DNA of 64,000 bases from assembly GCA_964016885.1 (NCBI GenBank), contig OZ024742.1, positions 321,408,001-321,472,000 on the forward strand, written 5' to 3'. The DNA is from Eledone cirrhosa (lineage: Eukaryota). Of this stretch, positions 25,642 to 39,028 are shown in pieces. The notes beneath the pieces are model-generated. The model was not told where the DNA came from and searched no databases. It worked only from the letters and a program-made list of their open reading frames with translations. Within the stretch, counting starts at the first letter, position 1. Every line of letters begins with the position of its first letter. The position numbers and the translations under genes are program-made.

Positions 25642-26197
25642 TTGCGTCTGTATGTGTGTGAGTGTGTGTTAGTGTGTGTATGTATGTGAGTGTGTGTTAG
25701 TGTGTGTATGTGTGTGTCTGTAAATATCGCCCTGCACTTTTATCATTACCTCCTCCGACGCTACACACTTCTATCTGTTACTCATTTGAATCCCCTTACC
25801 TCATAACATTTACTCCATACCAACGCCACCACCACTCTCATCTCCACCACCACCGTCACTCTCATCTCCTCCACCACCACCACTCTCATCTCCACCACCA
25901 CCGCTCCTTCACTACTTGCCATCGATCCCTTACTGCCAGCCCTAAACATTCGGTTGTCTGCCGTAGATTCCCTCAACCAGATTATTACACACATCACGCA
26001 AGGATGCTTCTCTGCCTCGCACACACACACACACGCAAACACACACACACGCACACACGCCACACACCCGCACACCCGCACACACACACGCACGCACACA
26101 CACACACACCTCATCGTTTAATGCTACTAGACTGACTTTTATTATGAGTGGTGATGGGCAAGCATGGGATCAATACCTTTTTCATGATCACCATGTT

Positions 26198-27265
26198 ACC
26201 ACCACCACCGCCACCACCACCACCACCACCACCACCACAATCACCACCACCACCACAATCACCACCACCACCACAATCACCACCACCACCACGCCACCAC
26301 CACCACCACCGCCGCCACTACCACCACCACTACCACCACCACTACCACCACTACTACCACCACCACCACCACCACCACCGCCACCACCACCACCGCCACC
26401 ACCACCGCCACCACCAGCACCACCAGCACCGCCGCCACCACCACCACCGCCACCACCACCACCACCACGCCACCACCAGCACCACCACCGCCACCACCAC
26501 CACCACTACCACCACCACTACCACCACCACTACCACCACTACTACCACCACCACCACCACCACCACCGCCACCACCACCACCACCGCCACCACCAGCACC
26601 ACCAGCACCGCCGCCACCACCACCGCCACCACCACCACCAGCACCACCACCACCACCACCTCCACCGCCACCGCCACCGCCACCACCACCACCACCACCA
26701 CAATCACCACCACCACGACGACTACCACCACCACTACCACCACCACTACCACCACCACTACCACCACTACTACCACCAATACCACCACCACCGCCATCAC
26801 CACTACCACCACTACCACCACCACTACCACCACTACCACTACTACTACCACCACCACTACTACCACCACCACCACCGCCACCACCACCACCGCCATCACC
26901 ACTACCACCATTACTACCACCACCACTACCACCACCACTACCATCACCACTACCACCACCACTACCACCACTACCACTACTACTACCACCACCACTACCG
27001 CCACCACCAGCACCACCACTACCACCACTACCACCACCACTACCATCACCACTACCACCACCACTACCACCACTACCACTACTACTACCACCACCACTAC
27101 CACCACCGCCACCACCAGCACCACTACCACCACCACTACTACCACCACCACTACTACCACCACCACTACCACCACCGCCACTACCAGCACCACCACTACC
27201 ACCACCACTACTACCACCACCACCACTACCACCACCACTACCACCACTACCACCACCACTACCAA
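26198..27265. repeat. About 1.07-kb (CAC/TAC/CGC)n trinucleotide tract
   Basis: Direct reading. The poly-H/T/P ORFs are artefacts. Confidence 0.95.
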
Positions 27266-27289
27266 CAGCAGCATCATAATCACAATTTT

Positions 27290-27475
27290 CGGGGATTAGC
27301 AGGTATCGGTAGAGCGTCATACACCATGCTTTGCAACTTAGAGTTGCGGCCCTTTACGGTTTGAGTCCAAATCCCGCCGAGGTTAACTTTGCCTTTCATC
27401 CTTACGAGGTCGATAAAATAAAGTACCAGTAATGCACTGAGGTAATTGCTGGACTTGTGCCAAAAGTAGAAACAA
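27290..27475 (+). mobile_element. tRNA-derived SINE copy
   Basis: Same head and core as 18876-19061. Further copies at 34336-34490, 35200-35345, 36470-36620 (-), 39865-40285 (two), 52903-53105 and 55940-56125. Confidence 0.88.
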
Positions 27476-28812
27476 TTATTGTTGTGGCTACTTTGCAGTG
27501 GTTTCTGCCGTTGCTGTTGCTCGTGTTATCGATGTTGCCGCTGTTGTTGTTGATGATGATGATGATGATGTTGATGATGATGATGATGATGATAATGATG
27601 ATGGTGATGTTGATGATGATGATGATGATGATGGTGATGTTGATGATGATGATGATGATGATCGAAATAGATAAAGGAAAGGGAAAATAAATTTATTTTA
27701 AATTTCTTCTAAAGTTGTTATTATTTTTTTTAATAGTGTTAGATTTTCTCTTTCTCTTTCTTCCAAAGACCTTGACATCATCATTCTCATCATCATCATC
27801 GTTGTTGTTGCTGCTGTTGTTGTTGTTGTTGCTGATGTTATTACATCGTATGAAATCGTTATTGCCACTGTTGTTAATACCTAATTAAGAAAACTTTATC
27901 ATCGTCATCATCATCATCATCATCACCATTCATTAGTATAATTATTATTAATATTATTATTTTCTTACAGTTCATCAAATCCTTTTTCAACCATTAGCAT
28001 TACTTCTGCTACTGTTACTGTTACCGTTGTTGTTGTTATCGTTGTTGTTACTATTATTGCTATTTTTGTTAGTAGTATTATTATTACAATTATCATTATT
28101 ACGAATGGAAATGAAGTAATCATCATCATTATTATCACCATAACCATCACCCTCACCATCATCAATATCCTCATCAGAGTTAAGCGATAGTAAAGAAGAG
28201 GGAGGGAAAGTGGAGTTGTGGTTGTACCAACTCATCAGTATGGCTGATGGATAGTCAAGAGTTAATATTTTCCATATGAAAAACGGGTCAAATGCTAATA
28301 GGTCTTTTTTTATTATTATTAATACGTATTTTTTAAATTATTTTTTTAATTCTAAACTTATTCAAGGCCCCTTTATTTAGGGTTTATGAGATCAATAATA
28401 AAATCGATAGGAATGGTTACAAGTGGAGTTTGAGATTAAATTGGTTATATTTCCAGAAACTAGCGGGAATTCAACCGTCTGAGCAATTTTCGATGTGTAT
28501 TAAAGCGTGGGAGTCATTTTATTTACATAATGTTTTAACTGATGTAATAATACCCGCATGTGTGTGTGTGTGAGCTAGACATCCGCAAAGTCCGGTGATG
28601 AGTGTTCCAAGTGTTTTATCAACCCACCTCGTGACATTAACGTACATATAGTTGAGTATTTCATACATAGGTGTACCTTTGTCTCACAGGTACAACTCAT
28701 TTTACCAGCTGACAGACTGGACAGCAGCAACATGAAATAAAGTGTCATGCTCAAGGACACAATGTACTATCTGGAATCAAAAACACGATCTTAAATTCGT
28801 GAACCACGTGCT

Positions 28813-28875
<63 letters not shown>

Positions 28876-29075
28876 TATATATATAATATGTAGATAAATC
28901 TACCAAAATATACGGTAGTGTCCAATCCGTATGAAGAACTCAATGTAATCCAAATATCATGAAAAGAGAAGATGCATTCAAAAATTTTCGATGAAAATCA
29001 TAGGAAAACAGAATCAAGATAAATTAATAAAAACAATGATATAAAAGCAAAGAACAAGTTCCTTATATTAAAAAT

Positions 29076-29211
29076 TCATCATTTTACGATCGTTTCTAGG
29101 ATGTATATGTGTGTTGGTATGTATATCATATAGATCTATGTAAAAATATTACAAATTATCAGAGGAAATATACACACCTTCACATATACATGCTGTCTTC
29201 AGAAATGATGA
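29076..29211 (-). ncRNA. Type I hammerhead ribozyme with long stem II
   Basis: Stem I TCATCATTT/AAATGATGA (9 bp), CTGAAGA, stem II ATGTATATGTG/CACATATACAT, GAAA, palindromic stem III A-CGATCG-T, triplet GUA. Confidence 0.8.
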
Positions 29212-29444
29212 GATTTTTTTATTGAAAAAACCAACAAAGATTTAATATAAAAGGTCTGTTTGGGAACAGGTTTTGAATTGACCAATAGAAAAGTAGTTAG
29301 TGGTTAAGTTGATAGAATAGTGGTAGTAGAAATTTAATTTAGAGGTAGAGGAGTGCAGACTTATGTTTTGAAAGAAAAGAATACTTTGAATGAAAAGAAT
29401 ACTTTGGGGATGAAAAGAGGTCAAGCCAGTGAAAGATACACGAA

Positions 29445-29760
29445 AATTTGATGTTATTAAAGAATAATGTTAAAAACGAAGGAAAATAAAATGTTAGGGT
29501 AAGGGTATTAGTGAGAAATACCAATCTTATTTAAACCACAAGGAATCTAGATCTATAACAAGAAATTAAATTAATTGATAGGTATACTTATAGGGATACA
29601 TTTATATTAAGAATTAGATGTTATTAAAGAGTGCTGTTAAAAACGAAGGAAAGTAAAATTTTGGGATAAGGGTAGTAGTGAGAAATACCAATCTTATATA
29701 AACTACAAGGAATCTAGATTCATAACAGGAAATGAAATTAATTTATAGGTATACTTTTAG
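29445..29760. repeat. Diverged about 169-bp direct repeat (two copies) upstream of the 29.1-kb hammerhead
   Basis: TGTTAAAAACGAAGGAAA...GTGAGAAATACCAATCTTAT...ATAGGTATACTT occurs at about 29468 and about 29636. Confidence 0.85.
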
Positions 29761-30020
29761 GTATTAATTTTAGGAAAAGAGAGCTGTAAGAGGGAAATGA
29801 AATTATGAAGTTCTTTGTAGTAAAGTACTAATTATAGGTTAACTAAATTAAAAAAACTAATTATAATAATATGTAAAATATAAGTGTAAGGTGTATATTA
29901 ATTAGGTTTATAATATTTGAAGGTTCTTCTAATTCTATGATTGCAAGATATAATTAATTCCTGTCGCTTAGCTTATTTAAAAGGATATCCTTAGATTTCA
30001 TGAAATCATGAATGTATGTA

Positions 30021-30084
<64 letters not shown>

Positions 30085-30090
30085 TGTATG

Positions 30091-30126
<36 letters not shown>

Positions 30127-30132
30127 TGTATG

Positions 30133-30168
<36 letters not shown>

Positions 30169-30704
30169 AAGTAAGTTCATAGAATCATTAGATAAAATAT
30201 ATACACTATTTTTCTCCCAATCAGCATAAATCAACCACACAAAAAATCATTTAAACGAGACTATAAGTTTAAAATATACTTATGAAGAAACAATAGATAA
30301 ATGATATAGCTTCTTATCCACGACTTATAGCTACAAAAAATTTACCTAGTATTTCTAATAGCCTGTAGAAATTGACTAGACATATAGTTAACCATACATA
30401 ATCATGTACAAAATCAAAGTTAGAAGTAAAAATGTACATAAACCTTACCAAAATCATATATATATATATATATATATATCTTCGGCCACTTATTCTGTGG
30501 GAACAAAGTCCTCAAGCACGCCATTCAGCGGGTCCTGTCAGAAGCAACTGTCACACACAGAAAAACATATACACACACACACACATACGCACACACTGAT
30601 ACATACACACACACATTTATACTCGAAAAACAACATATCAATTGTAAATGTCGATCTCTGTCACTAGAATCAAAATATAAATTCAATTTCTAAGGTGTAT
30701 ATTT

Positions 30705-30945
30705 TTTTGGGCGTTATTAAAATAATGTTAAGCGACAAAGGACTTCCCACATATTACACAATGATAGGGTCTTTCGTCAGTATGACTACATTTATAGATA
30801 AGCTTCGAATTCTTAATGAAAATGTTCCCACATATTTCATAGTAAAAACAGTTTGACTCCTCCACGTATTCTTTCGTGTTTTGTTAAAAATATTATGGAC
30901 AAAATACTTTCCACATATTTCACAATGACAGTGTTTTCCCTATTG
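30705..30945 (-). pseudogene. Decayed Kruppel-type C2H2 zinc-finger array (about 3 fingers)
   Basis: Translates HCEICGKYF..KHERI, EICGNIF, and HTDERPYHCVICGKSF, with frameshifts and a stop. Confidence 0.8.
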
Positions 30946-31068
30946 TGTATTTCTTTTTGAAGACCTCGTATTTCGAAGGATGATTTCCTACAAATCTCAA
31001 GCGATATTCTGTAATACTAGCTGGTCATATCGATATTCTATGGTTTTGTTAGAAACAACCACCGCTCA

Positions 31069-31158
<90 letters not shown>

Positions 31159-31244
31159 ACTACACACTCTTACTACCTACTTTCTAGTGTGAGAGACGTT
31201 TTACACTTCGGTTTTAATATAATAGAATTGTGTCTTTCTTTCAA

Positions 31245-31347
31245 TTGCATTACCGTTCCTATTGATGGGTCATTTCAATTGAAAGGAATTCAAATTCATG
31301 CGCAAATATGTTCGAGTATGTCAATCAACAAATCTGAAGGCCAGGCG

Positions 31348-31352
<5 letters not shown>
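31245..31352 (+). mobile_element. Helitron / PIF1-type helicase C-terminal fragment
   Basis: VPIDGSFQLKGIQIHAQICSSMSINKSEGQAL resembles the motif F.FKR.QFPV...FAMTINKSQGQ. Confidence 0.7.
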
Positions 31353-31391
<39 letters not shown>

Positions 31392-31456
31392 CATTCGCAC
31401 CGTTTCCTTTCGCTATATGTCTCTCCACCACTCCCCTACACACCTTTTGAACTCTC

Positions 31457-31488
31457 ACCTGAAGAAGGGCTTATGCCCGAAACGTCGT
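31457..31488 (+). ncRNA. Minimal hammerhead core (weak stem I)
   Basis: CTGAAGA-a-GGGC(ttat)GCCC-GAAA-CG-TC. The module tail 31490-31580 recurs in reverse at 20543-20637. Confidence 0.65.
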
Positions 31489-31574
31489 CCCCCACCTACC
31501 TCCCACTCTCCTGGGCGTGAATTTAATAAACATTTATCGTACTGCCTCTCTGTTCTGTCCCTGTTCAATTTTTC

Positions 31575-31638
<64 letters not shown>

Positions 31639-31676
31639 GCTGTTAGCTTCTCGCTAAAACAATCTCTATACCTCTC

Positions 31677-31714
<38 letters not shown>

Positions 31715-31716
<2 letters not shown>

Positions 31717-31914
31717 CGAAGGAAATGTGGTAAGGAACCAGGTGGACCATAACGCACCAAAGTACTGAATACTTAGGGTAGTAGAGTGGGTAATAGGAAC
31801 AAGTAAGACCCCGACGGCTGAGCTCAAGCCGTTTCGACGGCTAATTCTGGACTCATTATGTCCAGAATTAGCCGTCGAAACGGCTTGAGCTCAGCCGTCG
31901 GGGTCTTACTTGTT

Positions 31915-31919
<5 letters not shown>
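31715..31919 (-). mobile_element. (TA)n-flanked module with 60-bp perfect fold-back and the 3' half of a hammerhead; relative at 62718-62887
   Basis: 31793-31852 pairs with 31860-31919. GAAA-CGGCT..AGCCG-TC gives a full stem III and GUC. Confidence 0.75.
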
Positions 31920-31987
<68 letters not shown>

Positions 31988-32081
31988 GAGAGGTATAGAG
32001 ATTGTTTTAGCAAGAAGCTAACGGCATTCTATAACATATAAGTTTGAAACACTTATCCTTCAATTTGGAATAACATCAAAT

Positions 32082-32162
32082 GCTCTGTATAGTCTTAAAA
32101 GACTATTTCATGAAAACTTTCAGTGGAGATGGTCACGGTTGGATTTCATTCATCAGCAGAGC
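32082..32162 (-). ncRNA. Type I hammerhead ribozyme, tandem copy 1
   Basis: GCTCTG-CTGATGA-ATGAAA..TTTCAT-GAAA-TAGTCT(tttt)AGACTA-TA-CAGAGC: all three stems and the core are intact. Confidence 0.9.
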
Positions 32163-32708
32163 TCAACAGAAACCAGGGCTCTCACAGTAGTATAATCCGA
32201 AAAAGGGAATTCTAAAACTGGCTAGTTCGCCTTCATGTGTATTTATGAAAAAGCACATGAGGAAAAAACGGGGCTAGTGACGTCAGGATGGAAGTGAATG
32301 TTTATTTACAAGAAATAGCAGTCAAATACATTCTGAAAAAACTCTACAAAGGAGTTCAGCAAAATAGCAATAATTATCACAGTTTTTATGAAAAAAAACG
32401 GGATTAGTCACAGATAGTTTAAGCACTCTAGGAAAAGAATCCGAGTATAAATATAAATGAGAGGTATAGAGATTGTTTTAGCAAGAAGCTAACGGCATTC
32501 TATAACATATATGCGACTATAACGTCAAGATGGGAAAAGTAGTTAACGAAAGATTTAGGAAAAATAACTCAAACTCATCTCAAAAGAGAATCAGGATATA
32601 AATTCATCCACAGAATTTAGTAAAATCCAGGGAAAAATCTATAGACCTTTAACTCATGATAAAATACAGTTTGAAACACTTATCCTTCAATTTGGAATAA
32701 CATCAAAT

Positions 32709-32789
32709 GCTCTGTATAGTCTTAAAAGACTATTTCATGAAAACTTTCAGTGGAGATGGTCACGGTTGGATTTCATTCATCAGCAGAGC
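32709..32789 (-). ncRNA. Type I hammerhead ribozyme, tandem copy 2 (identical, 627 nt away)
   Basis: 32041-32186 is repeated at 32668-32813. Confidence 0.9.
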
Positions 32790-32812
32790 TCAACAGAAAC
32801 CAGGGCTCTCAC

Positions 32813-32881
<69 letters not shown>

Positions 32882-32884
<3 letters not shown>

Positions 32885-33247
32885 CAAAATGAAAATCCGA
32901 AGGCAAGGTAAAATTCCAATCATTTAATCACGACACATGTTTCAATAAGAGATAGATCGATTGTGAAGCCATGATCGATTATCTCTGATCTCATCAGATG
33001 AAAATGAATTGTCTTCAAATTCTTGATATGAGGGAGAAAAAATAACGATGTTCTCTCACAATGAATTCTGTGAGAGAACATCGTTATTTTTTCTCCCTCA
33101 TATCAAGAATTTGAAGACAATTCATTTTCATCTGATGAGATCAGAGATAATCGATCATGGCTTCACAATCGATCTATCTCTTATTGAAACATGTGTCGTG
33201 ATTAAATGATTTGAATTTTACCTTGCCTTCGGATTTTCATTTTGATA
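32882..33247. repeat. Palindrome with 179-bp arms and 8-nt loop, carrying a hammerhead in each arm
   Basis: 32882-33060 pairs with 33069-33247 (one mismatch seen). + strand HHR: TCAT-CTGATGA(33132)...GAAA(33186)-CATGTG-TC-GTGA. Confidence 0.92.
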
Positions 33248-33375
33248 CTTATACTCCGTTTTACATCATCTACCTGTTCCCTCGAATGGAATTGGAGATA
33301 TACAAGAACTTGATATTGCTAACATAAAGTTATTGGACCATTTTACACAACCAATAATACACCTTCCTATATAAC

Positions 33376-33443
<68 letters not shown>

Positions 33444-33467
33444 AGAACAATGCTTACCTGTGTTTTC

Positions 33468-33516
<49 letters not shown>

Positions 33517-33707
33517 CATATATATATATACATATATATATATACATATATATATATTGTTATGCTTTGGGAGGGTCATGTTGCCAATAAGAAACACACG
33601 CACCAGTTGCTTTCACTTCAATTTATTATAATAAATTTATAAATTTAGGAATTTATAAATTTCCGGTTGGTTGGTTGGTTCCACAACCAGATGGTTGTTT
33701 ATATATT

Positions 33708-33750
33708 GTCAAAGTTCTTTCGTCACACATTCTGTGACCTCTTCAGTGAC
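33708..33750 (-). ncRNA. Minimal type I hammerhead
   Basis: GTCA-CTGAAGA-g-GTCAC..GTGAC-GAAA-GAAC-TT-TGAC. Confidence 0.72.
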
Positions 33751-33831
33751 TGGGGATTCTTTTCTTTGTTTGTGTGCCTCTCCTTTGTTCTGTCCTACGC
33801 CATCTTGTTTCTGTGTGTGTCAAATTCAGAA

Positions 33832-33924
<93 letters not shown>

Positions 33925-33925
33925 C

Positions 33926-34064
<139 letters not shown>

Positions 34065-34144
34065 CTATCCTGATGTCCTCCAAAAGTAATGGTCGCATTT
34101 TGAAAGGGTACGTCAATGCTTATTTATAAAACTGATATATATTG

Positions 34145-34209
34145 TATTTTGTCTGATGAAGGCATACCATAATTTAATATGGTATCCTTGAAATATGTAT
34201 AATGAAATA
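34145..34209 (+). ncRNA. Type I hammerhead (family also at 43446-43507 -, 50183-50247 +, 52520-52585 +)
   Basis: TATTTTGT-CTGATGA-stem II (ATACCATA/TATGGTAT)-GAAA-TATGTA-TA-ATGAAATA. Confidence 0.8.
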
Positions 34210-34248
34210 AATATGCTTTTATAAATATAGTTTCCATTTGTTAATATC

Positions 34249-34337
<89 letters not shown>

Positions 34338-35410
34338 TCGGACGCCATGCTTTGACGCATAGAGTTACAGCCCTTGCCATTCTGAGTTCAAATCCCGCTG
34401 AGGTTAACTTTGCCTTTCATCCTTACGATAAAATAAAGTAGTACCAGTAATGTTCTGGGATAATTGCTGGCCTTGTGCCAAAAGTAGAAGAAACCTAAGG
34501 TCGCACATACATGTTAAGTGTATGAAACTTTATTTATACTATATATGTATATACATATATAATATATATATATGTATATACATATATAATATATATATGT
34601 GTGTGTGTGCGTGTGCATGTGTCTATCTGTGAGTGTTTATATATGTATACTTACACACGCAAACATATATACATACATATATGTATGTAGGTAGGTAGGC
34701 AGGTAGGCAGGTAGCTAGTTAGCTTGCTAGTTAGGTAGATAAGCAGGTAGCTAGCTAGTTAGGTAGGTAGCTAGCTAGCTAGGTAGGCAGGTAGTTAGCT
34801 AGTTAGGTAGGTAGGTAGGCAGGTAGGTAGATATTTATGTGAACAAGAATCGTGGGAATTCATTTAAAATGTTCAGTGTGGCTTCAGGCGAAACAGAAAC
34901 AATTAAACAAAGACTTTGATTAAAGACGCGTAGGAACACCTGCCCGCTCAACAAACGTAATATTGCGGTCGTTTTTGTCGTTCTTTCAAAATAATTTTCA
35001 TTACATAAACAGGCAAGCTATTCAAGATATTCTAAATGTTAATGAATTTCCAAATCTGTTCAGTGATACTATTATATGTATTCGTTTCTTCGTTTATTCT
35101 CATCTGGCAACAGTAATAAATCTGAAACGTCCTTAGGCACGGAAAAACTTTGCCTCTTCACAATTGTACAATTGTTAGGGATTGTGTAATAGGACTCTAG
35201 GCGGCTAATTGGTAGAGTTGTTAGAACATCGGTTAGAATGAATCACGGTATTCATTCCAGCTTTCTTTGCGCCGTAGTCAACGTTGTCTTTCGTCTTTTC
35301 GAGGTCGATAAATAAAATACCGGCCCAATACTTGGGTCGATTCTTCCTCTCTCCACACCACTCTCACCCCGAAAGAAAGAAAGAAAGAAAGAAAGAAAAG
35401 AAAGAAAGTT

Positions 35411-35461
<51 letters not shown>

Positions 35462-37529
35462 AATCATTTATGTTCAAGTGTAGAGAATGTGTAGGTTTAA
35501 AAGCCCAAGATACGCCATATGTCACTACGGTGCCCATACAATTCCATCAAGAGTTAAATGTCCATGCATACAATGCGTCTATATAATACTGAAAGATATC
35601 CAACAGATCTTCTGCTGTAAAGCAGTTTGGTAAGCTCAAATACTTGATACTATTTCTAAAAAATACACTTACATAAGTTATGCTAAAAGATATGAATTAA
35701 AACCAAAATTAATGTTTGTTTGAGGGTGGCTTGATTTGAACCCACAATCATATATATCCTGAGCAAGGAATTAGATATTTAATGTCCATGGCTATCTTTA
35801 CAATGTGGATCCCATCCTCCCAAAATAAAATAATTTCAATTTACAATCCACCACAGAGTTAAGCCCCCAGCTGTTGCTGCTGGTATTCATTTTCAGCTGA
35901 GTATACTGGAGCAACGTAAAATGAAGTGTTTTGCTCAATAACACAACCCAGTCCATGAATTAAACCCACGACATTAGCCCAACACACTTTCCAGCCGCAG
36001 GTGTGAGCCCCGCGAGTTGGAGTGGCTTTTCCAGCGCGTCTCCCTTGTCGTCCTCCGGGGAAACGCCTTCTCCATTCTGTCCGCCGGGGTTGTGGGTGGG
36101 TCCCATCGCATACCAATACATTAGTTAAATACCATTCTTTCATCTGATATATCTCTAAATTATATATTTATATACTTACATACGTAATATGTTAAAAGCG
36201 CCATAAGAATAAAGCAAAAAAAATCGCCCTCAAGTAATCTTGTATCGATTGGCTGCATATCCATGATACAACATTTAGCAGCACATGTACTCAACACTGT
36301 TCAGGTACTCAACAGGCTGTTCAGGTACTCAACAGGCTGGTCAGACACGAACAGCACATCATCTTTAATCATAATTTATGCGTTGTAATGTTACAAAAAA
36401 AATGATTTATTATTTGTTGCTAACAATAAATAAGTGTTTCTAACAAGACGATAGAAACAAGACGATAGGGGTCAGTGAATTAATTTGGTCACCAGTTCAT
36501 GACTTTAACTTTATCGACTTCGAAAGACTGAAAGGCAAAGTTGACTTCGACAAGATCTGAACTCAAAATGAAAATAGCTGGAACAAATACTGTAAGGTAT
36601 TTGTCCGGCATTCTTACGAGCTTACGTTTAAGATTAATTTTCATTGGTCTTAACTTATCACATTGGTGGTGTTGGGGGAGCTGGTGGTGTTGGTGGTGTT
36701 GGTGTTGCTGATAGAGGTTGCTCTGGTGATGATGGTGTTTGATGGAGGTAGTGGGGGGTTGTGTGTGACTGTTATGGTGGTGGTGGTTGTGGTAGTGATA
36801 GTGGGTTGTGGTGATGGTGGGGATTGTTGAAGTGTTGGGGGTTGTGGTGGTGGTTGTGATAATGGTGGTGATAGTGGTGGTAGTGGTCGTGGTCGTAGTG
36901 GAGGTGGTTATTGTGGGGGTGCTGGTGGTGGTGGTTGAAGTGTTGGTGGTTGTGGTGGTGCTTATAGTGGTGGTGGTTGTGGTAGTGGTGGTGGTAGTGG
37001 TGGTGATGGTGGTGGTGATTGTTGAAGTGTTGGTGGGTGTGGTGGTGCTGGTGTTGGTGATTGTGGTGGTGTTGGTTGTGTTGGTAGTGCTAGTAGTGGT
37101 GGTGGTTGTGGTGCTGGTTGTGGTGATGGTTGTAGTGTTGTTGGTATTGGTGTTGTCGTTGGTGATGGTGTGTGGTGGTGTTGGTGGTGGTGATTGTGGA
37201 TCTGGTGGTGGTCGTCATGGCAGCTAGAGATATTTATTTTTCTACAAAAACTCCTGATCATTTTAACAGGATGTAATTTTAGATTAAGTGAAGCCACTGA
37301 CCTTGATACGGATTTTCATTGTATCCTTTCACTTTGATAATGGCTTAGTTACAAGGAAATTACGTTCAATATATGTCTAGCAAAATTTCTATACGTTTAT
37401 AAGCACAGAATATCTACCGGACTCTAAAAAGTTAAAATAGGTACTAGGAGTCGATATGATCAACTAAATCCCTTCAAGGCGGGGCCCCAGCATGGCCGCA
37501 ATTCAATGACTCAAACCAGTAAAAAATAA

Positions 37530-38250
37530 TTGTTTCTATTATAGGCACAATGCCAGGAATTTTTTGGAGAGGAAGTCGATTAAATCGACCCCAGAATATT
37601 ACTGGTGCTTTATTTTATCGGCCCCGTAAGGATGAAAGACAAAGCTAACCTCGGCAGGGTTTGAAAGCATAATGTAAAGGGCCATAACTAAATACTGCAA
37701 AGCTTTTTGCCCGACGCTCTACCGATTCTGCCAACCCAAATAAAATAATTGTTTTTACTTTTGGCACAAGGCCAGCAATTACCCAATGCATTACTGGTAC
37801 TTTATTCTATCGACCCCGGAAGGATGAAAGGCAAATAAAATAATGATTTCTAGTTAGAGCACAAGGCCAGTAATTTGCGGGGAGGGTAGAGGGGAAAGTC
37901 GATTAAATCGTGACTGGCACTTTATTTTATCGATGAAAGGCAAAGTTAACCTCGGCGAGATTTGACCTCAGATCATAAAGCGCCGTAACTCTACGCTGCA
38001 AAGCATGGCATCCGACCCTCTACCGATACTGCCAATCCACCGTCCTTTTCTTATTAAATAATTGTTTCTACTTTTGGCACAAGGCCAGCAATTATCCCAG
38101 TGCATTACTGGTACTTTATTTTATCGACCCCGTAAGGATGAAAGGCAAAGTTAACCTCGGCGGGATTTGAACTCAGACCATAAAGGGCCGTAACTCTTTG
38201 CTGGAAAGCATGGCGTCAGACCCTCTACCGATACTGCCAATCCACCGACC
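37530..38250 (-). mobile_element. Head-to-tail cluster of about four SINE copies
   Basis: Repeated core ATCGACCCCGTAAGGATGAAAGGCAAAG. The last copy is bounded by a duplicated TTTTCTTATTAAATAAT. Confidence 0.9.
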
Positions 38251-38289
38251 TTTTCTTATTAAATAATAATACTACATTTTGTGAATTTG

Positions 38290-38700
38290 ATGCTCAGTGG
38301 CGCTATGTGTTCTTGAGCTTTAATTCACGTTGCTCCAGCTCACAGAACTTTAACCCGTAATCTAAAGGGCTAGTCTTGCCACGCATTGCAACACGCAGAA
38401 TCTCCCTGAAGACGACGTTAAACTGTGTAGACTGTAAGGCCTCTCCATTCGTATTTAGATTGGGGTCGCCGTTCCTTCCAATCACTCCTTTCCAACCAAA
38501 TCTACAGAACTTTGTTGAGGAAACCCCAACTATGTTTAGCCGGTAGTATCAAGCCTCTTCCGTTAGTTTGTTTCATGTAAGGGTTGTGATGTTCCAAGTA
38601 CCAACTGTCAAGGTTTGCTCCCTTCTAAACCCTCTTTGGGGTGTCGGGATACCCAATCTTTGTACGTCCATCCCACACCTCCCAGGACACGTCACAGGCC
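38290..38700 (-). mobile_element. Internally deleted RTE (Expander/Rex3-like) endonuclease fragment
   Basis: LTVGTWNITTL, YRLNIVGVSST, WKGVIGRNGDPNLNTNG. Confidence 0.7.
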
Positions 38701-38965
38701 CATCGGGTGTTTTGCGACATGAAATGGAGACTGCAATATATTTTCCGAACATGGTTTGAACGTGTCCCTTGTTAACTCACGCGAAGGATGATGCGGTATG
38801 GTTCTTTATCGTTCCTCTCACCATATTGTAGTTTTCGTGATCTTATTCGCACCAGTCACCAAGCTGGTACTTTGTCAAACCCGCGAAGACTAGGCTTTTT
38901 TAGAAGTCCACATATATAATATAATGGTGATATAATCACTGTTAGATTTTGGGACGTTTCTATTA

Positions 38966-39028
<63 letters not shown>

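Noticed and set aside
26144-27364. Long His/Thr/Pro/Gly-rich ORFs (also 15296-17141, 36808-37297, 44333-44839, 56829-57743)
   Set aside because: They are stop-free trinucleotide tracts open in several frames and both strands, with no domain or splice evidence.
28168-28240. Two minus-strand CTGATGA motifs
   Set aside because: They sit in (GAT)-rich low-complexity sequence, with no stem II or GAAA/UH geometry.
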